From a virus (Duplodnaviria > Caudoviricetes): 48,289 nt of DNA. The stretch's first letter is position 1. Each line of letters opens with the position of its first letter. Location of the stretch: the IMG/VR virus record IMGVR_UViG_3300042808_000082, positions 1 through 48,289 of that record, one strand, 5' to 3'. Shown piece by piece: positions 28,305-37,410 of the stretch. The translations under genes were made by a program, and so were the position numbers. Under the pieces are notes generated by a model. It made no database searches and had not been told where the DNA came from. It saw only the letters and a program-made list of their open reading frames with translations.

Positions 28305-28827
28305 TTTTTATCGTCTCTTCTTTGATAACAATGAATTCTTTGCCCCAACCTTTTGGTAGTTTAGGGAACACCATCTCCAGACGTTTGCCTGGGTATCTAA
28401 ACTCAAATAGTTTTTTCTTCAGTTTGAATATTTCCGTCTGGAAAAACTTACTGGACTTAACGTCTATCACACTCACCGACCCATCGAGATTGGTAACATC
28501 AAAGTCAGACACGTATGTCAGGGAATGAAACAGTTCTAACATATGCTCGCATTCCGGGCACTGTCTGGCTTTCTTGTATCGTGGGAAGTCTGGTGAAGTG
28601 TCTTCTGGTTTCTCCCATACAAAGTCGCATCCTGCCCGGGAACATTTCCGGAACTGAGGTTGTAACAAGTATGGCACTTGCATCCTGAACCCTGCTATTT
28701 CACCAAGTTCACACTGTGATTTGAGGAGGGTATAATAGAACGCTTCTGTTCTGGACGAGAATTGCTTGCCGTCGATGACGACTTGCATCACATTTTTTAC
28801 TCTTGACTTCCCCATACGCCTTGACAC
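28297..28827 (-). CDS. DUF1064-family PD-(D/E)XK endonuclease with a Zn-binding insert
   Basis: IDGKQFSSRTEA, LQP, YVSDF, VIDVKS, FKLKKKLF motifs. Confidence 0.82.
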   Translation of the reverse strand: MSRRMGKSRVKNVMQVVIDGKQFSSRTEAFYYTLLKSQCELGEIAGFRMQVPYLLQPQFRKCSRAGCDFVWEKPEDTSPDFPRYKKARQCPECEHMLELFHSLTYVSDFDVTNLDGSVSVIDVKSSKFFQTEIFKLKKKLFEFRYPGKRLEMVFPKLPKGWGKEFIVIKEETIKND

Positions 28828-29075
28828 TCCGCATCTTTGAGATAAATATTAGACACACATTTGTTATGGATTTCACAGAACGGCCTTACCCGGCCTTTCT
28901 CAACACGGTAATACAAAAAAGCACATTCCTGTAACTTGCAGATTTTTACCTTACACCGGATCTGGTTGAACTTCCGGGTTCTCCATCCTTCGGTGGCAGC
29001 CTTCACTCTGGCTAACACCTTTGCAGTTTCAAGTGCTTCGCTCAACAACATTTTAGATTGTCTTAAGTGTAACAA
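28797..29075 (-). CDS. Basic Cys-rich hypothetical protein
   Basis: Fits the packing of the operon; start uncertain. Confidence 0.55.
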   Translation of the reverse strand: MLHLRQSKMLLSEALETAKVLARVKAATEGWRTRKFNQIRCKVKICKLQECAFLYYRVEKGRVRPFCEIHNKCVSNIYLKDAECQGVWGSQE

Positions 29076-29086
29076 AAGGTGAAATG

Positions 29087-29770
29087 TTATCTGTAACTGT
29101 CTTCAGGGCTACCATACTCATCGATCTCATCTTCCCCGTATGTTTCATCATCTTCGTGTATGGATCGATTCTTGATGCCTCCAGACTTGTAATATGAGCA
29201 TTTGGCAAACTCTCCAAGACACGTACCATCCTGGTCAGCAAGCAGTCCAGGGGTATCTCCTGGGGTGTTAGATGTTGCTTCGCACATACCCGTAGGGAGA
29301 ACAGACCCATCACTCATATATCCACAAGGGAGTAGTGGCAGAGCCTTCTGTCGGGGACCAGTCAGGTCATCAGATATCTCACCTTTCTTTGCATTGACTG
29401 ACCTGTCGTAAGCGCAGGCTTCGCATAGCATCTGGTCGCCTTCTCTGACCAGGATCTCAACACCACACCCTACACAGGGAACCAAGGTGGTTTTGATATC
29501 GGCCTTTGAATCCATCACATCTTTAAATTCAGATAATGGCGTTTCTGCTCTGACTGATACATTTGCCTTTACCTTTGCTTTGATTGCAGGGACTTCCACA
29601 ACTACTCGCTTTGTAGTATTGAACGTGTCAATGAACCATTTCTCAATTTTCTGGGCCATCAGTTTGCTGACTGAAATGATGTCTGCGCCTTCAACTTCCA
29701 ACACCGGGTCTGCGCATGTCGCAGTCCAGGTCTTACCATTCGTTGTTTCAACGGTGAATGTGATGTCCAT
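29087..29770 (-). CDS. Protein with a HicB-like N-terminal domain, Zn finger and acidic tail
   Basis: WTATCADPVLEVEG.D..SV pattern; CVGCG...CEAC. Confidence 0.6.
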   Translation of the reverse strand: MDITFTVETTNGKTWTATCADPVLEVEGADIISVSKLMAQKIEKWFIDTFNTTKRVVVEVPAIKAKVKANVSVRAETPLSEFKDVMDSKADIKTTLVPCVGCGVEILVREGDQMLCEACAYDRSVNAKKGEISDDLTGPRQKALPLLPCGYMSDGSVLPTGMCEATSNTPGDTPGLLADQDGTCLGEFAKCSYYKSGGIKNRSIHEDDETYGEDEIDEYGSPEDSYR

Positions 29771-29833
29771 GTTTAATCATCCATCTCTCGCAAATTGCGC
29801 GTTCTTATATCTTAACTAGCAAGAATAAAAAAG

Positions 29834-30055
29834 TTACTCTGTAGAGAATTTCATGTCGCCCTTGATGTAGATAAGGGCTGACGTGTCTCCCAGGTATGTA
29901 TCAATTGCCGTCTTTGCTGCTGATAGAACTGTTGTCAAATCTGTTCCTTCGGCAGACAGTCCAATGTCAGAAGCGTATGCCCGGAACCCTTGCACTCCGG
30001 TTCCATCGGCAGACGCGACTTCCACCATTTCAAACCTCATACTGACCGTGGTCAT
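29834..30055 (-). CDS. HicB-like small protein
   Basis: FRAYASDIGLSAEGTDLTTVLSAAKTAIDTYL resembles the HicB N-terminal domain pattern. Confidence 0.55.
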   Translation of the reverse strand: MTTVSMRFEMVEVASADGTGVQGFRAYASDIGLSAEGTDLTTVLSAAKTAIDTYLGDTSALIYIKGDMKFSTE

Positions 30056-30087
30056 AGTTACTCATCTATTGCGTGACTATTTTAAAG

Positions 30088-30324
30088 TCAGGCAAATTTT
30101 CCATCGTCTCTTAACCATACCTCAGGTATCAACCCGGCATCAAGTCCATCCTGGAACGCTTTCAAATCAGATTCCATTCCAGTTATCGTTACTGTTACCC
30201 GTTTCCCTATTGGGTATGTGACTCGGGTAGAATCAGGGATAGGAGACCCATCAGGCACAATATGGTGCATCTTGGTTCTCCATCCGTTTATCATTCCAGT
30301 CAGGTTTATTGATTTAACGGGCAT
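30088..30324 (-). CDS. Hypothetical protein
   Basis: ORF within the packed operon; start may be internal (MHHIV). Confidence 0.5.
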   Translation of the reverse strand: MPVKSINLTGMINGWRTKMHHIVPDGSPIPDSTRVTYPIGKRVTVTITGMESDLKAFQDGLDAGLIPEVWLRDDGKFA

Positions 30325-30500
30325 TCTTGCAATCTCCCATCTCCGATATCTTCAGGGATTATCCTAAAACTTAATTTCATTACACCGTTTCGGTTTGCGT
30401 GCGCCATAAATGGTTTCGAACAGTAGTTTACCGATTCAAAGGTTCTGCTGATATAGCACCCGTTACACCCTTTTCCATCTACTCGTTTAATTTCACTCAT
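30306..30500 (-). CDS. Small Cys protein (CxxC...CPL family)
   Basis: CNGC...YC...ECPL. Confidence 0.6.
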   Translation of the reverse strand: MSEIKRVDGKGCNGCYISRTFESVNYCSKPFMAHANRNGVMKLSFRIIPEDIGDGRLQECPLNQ

Positions 30501-30759
30501 CCATTTTCACCTCTAATGGATAATTCTCAACTGTTATCTTATCGATACTCGTTTCACAGTCACCGCATCGAAGATTAATCATCGAAAACACAAACTTGTG
30601 TATCATATATTCCATATCATGAAATGGGCTGCTGTTATCATGATTCATTTTGTTATCAGAAAACCATAATTTTCCTTGGCAAATCGGGCATTTTATATAT
30701 CCCGATTTCGGTATGGTTTTCGACATTGTTATTTCAAGTGGCTTTCTGTCATCGGTCAT
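30493..30759 (-). CDS. Zn-ribbon protein
   Basis: CPIC...CGDC. Confidence 0.65.
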   Translation of the reverse strand: MTDDRKPLEITMSKTIPKSGYIKCPICQGKLWFSDNKMNHDNSSPFHDMEYMIHKFVFSMINLRCGDCETSIDKITVENYPLEVKMDE

Positions 30760-31052
30760 GGCTGTCTCCAGGTTTTAGCAGGGCTGCTTCCTCTTACCAT
30801 TTTACTCTCTTTGCTATGTTCGGGGTAAGGTCCACCAAAATAGGTATGACATGCGAAACACACAAAGGTTGCCGGGTTCTGGTTCCCGGGTCCTTGTATG
30901 GTTCCTGTGGATTGTTCCCATTGCACTTTTCCTCGTCCACAGAATGGACACCCCATTCCAGGGACAATCAACCCTACTCGCGGTATCCCGTCTACCGGGA
31001 TGGATTCACCCGCATTCGGCGATGTTAAACGGGTTATCAGTTTGTATCCCAT
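30756..31052 (-). CDS. Zn-ribbon protein
   Basis: CPFCG...CFACH. Confidence 0.65.
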   Translation of the reverse strand: MGYKLITRLTSPNAGESIPVDGIPRVGLIVPGMGCPFCGRGKVQWEQSTGTIQGPGNQNPATFVCFACHTYFGGPYPEHSKESKMVRGSSPAKTWRQP

Positions 31053-31341
31053 ATTGGTGTGACTCGGTTCGTAATGCCAGGTCTTTCAGGCTTCGTTTAG
31101 CATGTTCTACTAGTTTCAATGTGTTTGCGTCGAACAGGTTTCGACTATGGAAAAACATGACTCCTAACTGGAGTATCGGTGCTGCGGTTCTGGCGTGACC
31201 GTGGTATTTGAGAGCAATTCGCGATTCATCAGAGTTGTAGTCGACAACACTGAACTGGTAATTTTTCTTTTTCAGGTATTTCACAAGTTTTCTCGTGCAT
31301 TTTGTATGCTCGTTGATATACAGGATGCAGGGGTATGGCAT
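31006..31341 (-). CDS. Glutaredoxin/NrdH-like protein lacking a full CxxC
   Basis: ILY..HTKC..LVKYL......VVDY...TAAPILQLG thioredoxin-fold pattern with the cis-Pro motif. Confidence 0.6.
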   Translation of the reverse strand: MPYPCILYINEHTKCTRKLVKYLKKKNYQFSVVDYNSDESRIALKYHGHARTAAPILQLGVMFFHSRNLFDANTLKLVEHAKRSLKDLALRTESHQYGIQTDNPFNIAECG

Positions 31342-31342
31342 C

Positions 31343-31786
31343 CTACCCCCTCCGCTTTACGATTGACGACGACCTCCGCATTTTTGTATCAATTTCTTCT
31401 GCATCTTTTACTGGAATGCATGGTGTCACATTCTCATTCACTGGAATGCATTCTACAGCAACGCCAATTGCTTTGGCATCATCAATGATACCTTGGAGCA
31501 CCTCTACAGGCGATACGGTATCCTCGACCCCTTGGCGCTTGTCTGATAGCAAATCTATCACCTGTCGGAGTAACACATTGGTGGTTCGACACTCAAAGAA
31601 GATCAGTTTTTCAAACTCTCCTTCTGAGTACAGATGTTCCACAAACGGGTCCATCTTCAGTTCGTCTTCGAGTTCGATTCGTTGTGCTCTTGCTTCTTTG
31701 TTGACTTTGTTTAGTTCAGCAAGTTCTTTCTGGAAAATTTCGATAGAATTGATTGGAGTTTCGTTTACCATGGTATCACCATGCAT
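31343..31786 (-). CDS. Hypothetical protein (coiled-coil N-terminus)
   Basis: 147-aa ORF within the operon. Confidence 0.6.
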   Translation of the reverse strand: MHGDTMVNETPINSIEIFQKELAELNKVNKEARAQRIELEDELKMDPFVEHLYSEGEFEKLIFFECRTTNVLLRQVIDLLSDKRQGVEDTVSPVEVLQGIIDDAKAIGVAVECIPVNENVTPCIPVKDAEEIDTKMRRSSSIVKRRG

Positions 31787-32078
31787 CAGATAACATTAGA
31801 GCGGTCTTCTTTCCATCCGGGAATCTCCCCTTTACACAGGGAACCATCTGGAACGTGTTCAAATCAAGCGAGAATCCAGTATGAGTCATTATCCGGTGTT
31901 TCTGGTTCGGGCCAATGATTGGGAGAGATTCCTCATACTCAATGCATTTCTCAAAGTTTAACTTTATTTCATCGGTGTTCCCACATTTTATTGGTTGCCA
32001 TCCTCCATCAGTGACAAAATTCGTGTATCTTCCGTTCCGGCATCGTTTACATTGGTCTCTTGCTTTCCAGTCTTGCAT
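31776..32078 (-). CDS. Cys-containing hypothetical protein
   Basis: CKRC...C...C. Confidence 0.6.
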   Translation of the reverse strand: MQDWKARDQCKRCRNGRYTNFVTDGGWQPIKCGNTDEIKLNFEKCIEYEESLPIIGPNQKHRIMTHTGFSLDLNTFQMVPCVKGRFPDGKKTALMLSDAW

Positions 32079-32259
32079 CTTGCTCCTGCTGGTTGTGCTG
32101 AACGATGAGTTCCTTAATTTCTTCCTTCGAGAAATGAAACTCGCAATTCACCAATACCGGGGAATTATAAGATCTTGCATTCCGGGTTCGTGGATTACTA
32201 CAAATTGCACATGTAATGCACGGCCTGACCTGCCGGACTGCTATAGGGGGTATGATCAT
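32047..32259 (-). CDS. Small Cys protein, tandem paralog B
   Basis: PPIAVRQVRPCITC...HNQQEQ. Confidence 0.7.
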   Translation of the reverse strand: MIIPPIAVRQVRPCITCAICSNPRTRNARSYNSPVLVNCEFHFSKEEIKELIVQHNQQEQDARLESKRPM

Positions 32260-32489
32260 GATTGTTCCTGCTGGTTGTAATGATCGATGAGTTGTTTCAT
32301 TTCCGAAATCGTAAAGTTATCATCACATGGTTGGTGCTCTCGATAGTTATACCCATAAAAATCAGCAAATTTATTAATTGTGCATATATGAGTCCATTCT
32401 CCTCTATGAACTACCGGGTGCCCACGATTAAAAATACAAATCTCACATGGTCTGACCTGCCGGACTGACAGAGGGGGGGTGATCATCAT
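32256..32489 (-). CDS. Small Cys protein, tandem paralog A
   Basis: PPLSVRQVRPCEIC...YNQQEQ; ATGA-coupled start at 32489. Confidence 0.7.
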   Translation of the reverse strand: MMITPPLSVRQVRPCEICIFNRGHPVVHRGEWTHICTINKFADFYGYNYREHQPCDDNFTISEMKQLIDHYNQQEQS

Positions 32490-32659
32490 AAGGCATCCTC
32501 TAAAGGGCACCATGTAGGTATCGGATGCCACGCAATCTTTGTTTTAGTGTCAGGCAAAGTCTCTACACATCTCCCGGTCAATTTGCACTTCATCTCCATA
32601 AAATCAGGGATTAATTGTTTACATTCACGATAGTCTTTGATGTCAACAATTTTTCTCAT
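32486..32659 (-). CDS. 57-aa Cys protein (IPxWCPL family)
   Basis: MRKIVDIKDYREC...CKLTG...PIPTWCPLEDAL; not in the ORF track. Confidence 0.65.
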   Translation of the reverse strand: MRKIVDIKDYRECKQLIPDFMEMKCKLTGRCVETLPDTKTKIAWHPIPTWCPLEDAL

Positions 32660-32812
32660 TCACTCATCCCCTGTACATGCTGGTTGTGATTTGTATACTG
32701 GGCAATCTGGACCACACCACCCAGATATTCCGCATATTTCACAGTCATCCATTCCACGCCCATAATCCAACGATGGATCATGGCTTACAACTGGGCTATA
32801 GATGTTGGTCAT
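32660..32812 (-). CDS. 50-aa Cys-rich protein
   Basis: CEICGISGWCGPDCPV; fills the gap exactly. Confidence 0.55.
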   Translation of the reverse strand: MTNIYSPVVSHDPSLDYGRGMDDCEICGISGWCGPDCPVYKSQPACTGDE

Positions 32813-32818
32813 TTTATT

Positions 32819-33187
32819 TCAGTCTCTCATCAGTGGATGCTTATCTCTTGGTTGCATTCTATGCCCCTGGCTATCGAACCTGGGCAATGGGCAATGGGTC
32901 AGTTCTTTGATGGGATACCTCCCATAGGGAGAGTCGCAGGTAGCACCAAAACAGAAATGGCATGGCCCTGTATCTTTCCCACAATGGTTGCAATACGTGT
33001 TTGCATACCCACCATTGGGGAACCAATGGAATGCTGGGTCCAGGTCAATTGATGGGCCTCGTGCCTCCATAGGGCATCTCACCATCAGGAACAACAGTTG
33101 ACCCGTCTGGGTGCAAATCTTACCATCACAGAAATCTTTACCAATCTCTGTGCATTGCTCGCAGTTCTTCCGTTTCTCTTTATTCAT
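32819..33187 (-). CDS. Cys-rich two-module protein
   Basis: CEQC..C..CTQTG..CPM and CNHC..CHFC..C..CPL; GGAG upstream. Confidence 0.6.
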   Translation of the reverse strand: MNKEKRKNCEQCTEIGKDFCDGKICTQTGQLLFLMVRCPMEARGPSIDLDPAFHWFPNGGYANTYCNHCGKDTGPCHFCFGATCDSPYGRYPIKELTHCPLPRFDSQGHRMQPRDKHPLMRD

Positions 33188-33232
33188 CGTTCCAATCTCC
33201 AAAATAAGGTCAATTTGGGCTGCGATTCGCAT

Positions 33233-33527
33233 ATTCGCGCGCGCTCGCGATCATTAATGATCTAAGATCATTATGATCATCATTCTTTTTTCCCTCTCTT
33301 TGTTGATATGTGAGTCGAGACCCATGGGGTCTCGTTTACACTCGACCCGGAGAAGAACCCGGAGCAGAGCGGAGGGAGCGGAGGGGAGAGGGGATGGGAG
33401 CCCGGCATACGCCGGGGGAGGGGATGTACACTTAGATTATTAATTAATCATATATATAGAAAATTTACATGATAAATCATGTAGAATCGTGATAGATCGT
33501 GTAGAATCATGTAGAATCGTGTAGAAT
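33233..33527. other. Non-coding element B: candidate replication origin
   Basis: Four GATC sites, two GC hairpins, G-tracts, an AT-rich segment and six 10-bp repeats; 1 kb from mcm. Confidence 0.55.
33468..33527. repeat. Six tandem 10-bp repeats, consensus CRTGTAGAAT
   Basis: catgataaat catgtagaat cgtgatagat cgtgtagaat catgtagaat cgtgtagaat. Confidence 0.9.
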
Positions 33528-33865
33528 TAATCAATGTGTTCCATTAAGTAATTTGGGTAAAACAATTCGTTTTGGTTTACCTCATAGTATGGTTCTATCT
33601 GTTCTAATGCATCGCTTAATTTCATCATTGCATTTGCAAGCAGTTTTATGTGTGGAATTAATGTTCTAAATTCGCTCATTTTTTCTCTCTGTTCTGTATA
33701 CGTGTAAAATGCGTAAAACACATGATGGCATTCCATACATTCCATGGTGAAACACACCTTTTCTGCGGTGAACCATTGTGGTCTATCTGATCCTCCTGCT
33801 GAGAACCCTTTGCGCAGATGCCCACATTTTGGGCATCTTAATCTTATTTCTGGTTCTGGTGTCAT
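33527..33865 (-). CDS. Zn-ribbon protein
   Basis: CPKCG...CMEC; ATGA-coupled start. Confidence 0.65.
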   Translation of the reverse strand: MTPEPEIRLRCPKCGHLRKGFSAGGSDRPQWFTAEKVCFTMECMECHHVFYAFYTYTEQREKMSEFRTLIPHIKLLANAMMKLSDALEQIEPYYEVNQNELFYPNYLMEHID

Positions 33866-34062
33866 TTTATATCTCCTTTTGGATGATGAAAATCCCAATA
33901 TTTTTTCATTCTGATTGCAAACCCTGGGCAATTTTTGTCTGGTGTTGCTTCGTATTTGTTTCCACAATCGTTACATGTTCCAATTACTGAAATATCGGTT
34001 GGTTCAAGGAGAACCATTGTTACATGCCCGCACCAGGGGCATCTGCACCCTTCAAAATTCAT
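33862..34062 (-). CDS. Zn-ribbon protein
   Basis: CPWCG...CNDCG. Confidence 0.65.
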   Translation of the reverse strand: MNFEGCRCPWCGHVTMVLLEPTDISVIGTCNDCGNKYEATPDKNCPGFAIRMKKYWDFHHPKGDIK

Positions 34063-34364
34063 TTGTATTCCTTGAGCAAATCCGTGATTTTCTGGTCGTA
34101 TCGTTTCTCTTTCCTCGCACCCCGGATGATATACGATTTTTTAATCTCCCTGGTTTGTGCGTCGTTGGACTGTGGTTTGTATTGTTTCTTCTTCACTGGC
34201 GCTGGTGTTGGGTCTTCTTTAGGACAAGAAATGATGGAAGAGATATCGATGCCGCACTCCCCACAGGGATGCAAGATTCTCCCATTAAGGATCACCCTAG
34301 ACCAAGCATCACACGAAAGACGGAAACAATTCAGTGCAGTTGGCTTTGTGAACTTGGATGGCAT
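34059..34364 (-). CDS. Cys-rich basic protein
   Basis: Cys motifs and a Lys-rich tail. Confidence 0.55.
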   Translation of the reverse strand: MPSKFTKPTALNCFRLSCDAWSRVILNGRILHPCGECGIDISSIISCPKEDPTPAPVKKKQYKPQSNDAQTREIKKSYIIRGARKEKRYDQKITDLLKEYK

Positions 34365-34502
34365 ATTGTTTCATCCGGCGATTTTTTAGATTTTCTGCAT
34401 ATTGGATACATGGTGCGGTTGCTTACATCTCCAATTGGCTTTTCCTTAGTCCAGGTCAAAGACCTGCACATTCTTGCGATACATTCTCTTGATGATGGCA
34501 TG

Positions 34503-36455
34503 TTAATACCCAAATATCCCGAGTTCTTTCCATAGCGCTTTTACAGTTGCTACGGCTTCATCAGTCTCCATTCCTTCTGCAATTGCTTTGTCGGTGAGTT
34601 CTGCTTTTGTAGGCCATTTCCCGTTGTCTTCGTATAACTGGAACCTCATTTTTTTGATGTCTTCAATATCCATCCGGTTAGAGAAGGAGAGTTGTCCTGC
34701 TGCTTTATCAGCATCTAACTCTCCGGTCTTCGGGTCTGTGCCCGTGATTCTCATCGCTTCTTCATAGATGAATATTGCTCTATTAACGTCAATTGCTTCA
34801 ACAAAACTCGATAACCGAGTTTTTGCTGATGCTTCTGACATTCTAATGATGTCCTCAATCTGACGAGGTGTGATGGGAATTGCGGATTGTGTTCTGTTTC
34901 TAATCTTGGCATAGTAGTCCTCATACATCTGTGCTGCTTCATCGCTGATTTCAGGTGTGCATGACTGCTTTGCATGGGCGATATATTTTCTGATAGTTTC
35001 AACCGGGATCTTCTTTGTTTCACTTCTTCCTCGGTGTGAATTGATGATATGCTTTGCAATTGCTCTGTCTTTCTTTGCGTCTGGTTCGTCAGTAAGCAGG
35101 AATATGAGACCAAACCTGGATAGCAATGATGGAGCAAATGTAACCTGGCTGCCAAGGTCTGCAAATCTATCAAATCTGGATCTTTTTGGATTTGCTGCCA
35201 TTAGGCATGATTCCTTTGTAGACAAGTCTGCAGAAATCCCTGCCTTGTTAATATGCAGAACCTGTTCTTCCATTATTTCATGGAGAGATGATACTGCGTC
35301 TTTGTCCACTTTGTCTAGTTCATCCAGGAATAACATCCCTTTGTCGGCTAATACGGCTGCACCAGCCTCAATTTCCCAGGCTCCGTCTGCCCCCTTTGTG
35401 GCCGCCGCTGTGAGTCCAGCAGCTGATGTAGCCTTGCCAGATGCGTAAATACCTCTGGGGCATAGGTTAAAGGCAGACTTGAGTATTTTGGACTTTGCAA
35501 CGGAAGGATCTCCACAGAGCAGGATATGAAAATCTGCTCTAAAGCGGTCGCCATCGTCGTTGATTTTCTCGACGCCTCCAAGCAACTGGAGTAATATCGC
35601 TTGTTTGATACTTTCGTACCCTTTGACCACTCCTGCGATGCTTGTCCATAGATTGTCATATATTGCAGGGTCTTTTGCAAGTTCTTCGAACTCTCTGATT
35701 TCATCATCGGTAATCTCTATTTTACTGAAATCCTTGTTTTTCACTTCAACAGACTTTGCATCCATGAACGTGTCCAGCGTAGCCCCATTTTTTTTCTGAG
35801 CACCTTTGAACACACCATTGATTACAACGATGTTACCTGGTTGAACTTTTCCAGTTAAATCGTCCAGCAACTTCACCGTGAGAATTTCTGGTTTAGTTCC
35901 ACCACCGTCTTCCGGTGGGTCTTGCACTTGGATTAACTGGTAGTCTTTTTTGATTGATTGCTTGAGCAGGAATCTCCATGATTTTCCACCACATATGCAT
36001 TTGTCGGCAGGTGACACGATTTCATCTTCTTCAACTGGCATATAGACAATTTTGTCTTTACATGCATTGCACTTGAACGCTGCATGGACAAGCCTTGGCT
36101 TAACAGTAGTGACCTTACGAACTATCACCCGAAGAGAGGCAAATTTGTCAAGATATGCTGAATTTAGGTCTTTGACCTTAATTCTAGTAGGGAACCCAAT
36201 GAATCGTAGTCCAATGGAATGTTTTGACCCGTTCCATCCAGGGATTGCACGAGTTTCCATTAATGCTGAATATAATGCATTTTCAGCCAGTAATGGGTCT
36301 TTGACAATTGAATCAAACAATTCCTGGGTGGTATTGTTTACATTAATTGTCAGTGTAGTCTTTTTTGGGTATGTGGCTTTCAGTAATTCTACTTGCGGTT
36401 TGTGGGTGGTTGCTAGATTTTCTTTCCATAACGCTACAGTGCTAGTCATATTCAT
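34503..36455 (-). CDS. mcm: MCM replicative helicase
   Basis: Zn finger CNAC..CICG, Walker A GDPSVAKS, Walker B LDELDK, AANP, SRF arginine finger, TPRQIE. Confidence 0.97.
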   Translation of the reverse strand: MNMTSTVALWKENLATTHKPQVELLKATYPKKTTLTINVNNTTQELFDSIVKDPLLAENALYSALMETRAIPGWNGSKHSIGLRFIGFPTRIKVKDLNSAYLDKFASLRVIVRKVTTVKPRLVHAAFKCNACKDKIVYMPVEEDEIVSPADKCICGGKSWRFLLKQSIKKDYQLIQVQDPPEDGGGTKPEILTVKLLDDLTGKVQPGNIVVINGVFKGAQKKNGATLDTFMDAKSVEVKNKDFSKIEITDDEIREFEELAKDPAIYDNLWTSIAGVVKGYESIKQAILLQLLGGVEKINDDGDRFRADFHILLCGDPSVAKSKILKSAFNLCPRGIYASGKATSAAGLTAAATKGADGAWEIEAGAAVLADKGMLFLDELDKVDKDAVSSLHEIMEEQVLHINKAGISADLSTKESCLMAANPKRSRFDRFADLGSQVTFAPSLLSRFGLIFLLTDEPDAKKDRAIAKHIINSHRGRSETKKIPVETIRKYIAHAKQSCTPEISDEAAQMYEDYYAKIRNRTQSAIPITPRQIEDIIRMSEASAKTRLSSFVEAIDVNRAIFIYEEAMRITGTDPKTGELDADKAAGQLSFSNRMDIEDIKKMRFQLYEDNGKWPTKAELTDKAIAEGMETDEAVATVKALWKELGIFGY

Positions 36456-36513
36456 TCCAAATTCAAAAGACGGTGTAACCCCCGTCTAACAGGGAGATCC
36501 GAATCTCGATGCC

Positions 36514-36639
36514 TTATATGATGTCTAATGCAATTAGTTCTGTATCTCTCTCATCGTCATAACATGCGTGGCATACATTGTGATCATCTGACATCTCTTC
36601 ATTTTCGAATTCATATCCACAAATTTCACATTTGAACAT
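36514..36639 (-). CDS. 41-aa acidic Zn-finger protein
   Basis: MFKCEICG...CHAC; GGAGG RBS; not in the ORF track. Confidence 0.6.
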   Translation of the reverse strand: MFKCEICGYEFENEEMSDDHNVCHACYDDERDTELIALDII

Positions 36640-36741
36640 AGAACCCCCTCCAGATAGGGATAACCACCACCTGGAGTTAACAAAAAAATAAAAGAATCAA
36701 TCAGTTTAGCGAGCAACCCCGCTAACCAAAATTGATGGTGG

Positions 36742-37293
36742 TTATTCTGGACTTTCCATATAGTCCGTTTGCGGTGCTGATGTCACTACTGGTTGTGGTG
36801 GCATCATTGGTGGTTGTGCCATTGGCGGTGGTGTAACCACTGGTGGTTTTGGTGGTGCTCGCAGCATTGCTGCCAGTTCTTTGATTTTGATTGGGTCTAA
36901 CTGGTATGCTAGTGCAATGGTTGCAGCCAGTGTGAACATTCCCAGGTCAGATGGTTGTGATGGTGCTGCTGGTGCTGCAGGCCTTGGGGCCTGGGTCTGG
37001 GGCTGATATGCTGGTTTGTTGTAACCTTGATTCTGGTATGGTTGTCTCTGATATCCCCCCTGGTTTCCACCATAATGTGGCGCGTTTCCGGCAGGTGCTC
37101 CGAATCCTGCTTTTTTGAGGAATGTCACCATTGGAGTTCCTTCAACGTCTTTGACGGTTACTTCAACTTCCATGCCTGGTGTGAAGTTTCCAAGAAATCT
37201 TTTGACGTTCTCTGCGACCCAGAAGCATGTATCATCGAATGCAACGGTGTCGTCTCCGACACTTTGTAATACTTTCTTTGCCATTGTATTCAC
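36742..37293 (-). CDS. Putative OB-fold ssDNA-binding protein with Q/P-rich tail
   Basis: Short beta domain (PGMEVEVTV), then low-complexity linker and acidic end; upstream of mcm. Confidence 0.5.
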   Translation of the reverse strand: MNTMAKKVLQSVGDDTVAFDDTCFWVAENVKRFLGNFTPGMEVEVTVKDVEGTPMVTFLKKAGFGAPAGNAPHYGGNQGGYQRQPYQNQGYNKPAYQPQTQAPRPAAPAAPSQPSDLGMFTLAATIALAYQLDPIKIKELAAMLRAPPKPPVVTPPPMAQPPMMPPQPVVTSAPQTDYMESPE

Positions 37294-37410
37294 CTAATTT
37301 GTAAGATGTTAACCCTGAAAAGGGTGTTCATGCCCAAAAGATACGGGCAATAATCCATAGTATTGTTGCTAATGCAACATACCGTATTATTTGGCATCCT
37401 GTTTCAATGA

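Noticed and set aside
33468-33527. CRISPR mini-array
   Set aside because: The 10-bp units are contiguous with no spacers, and no cas genes are present
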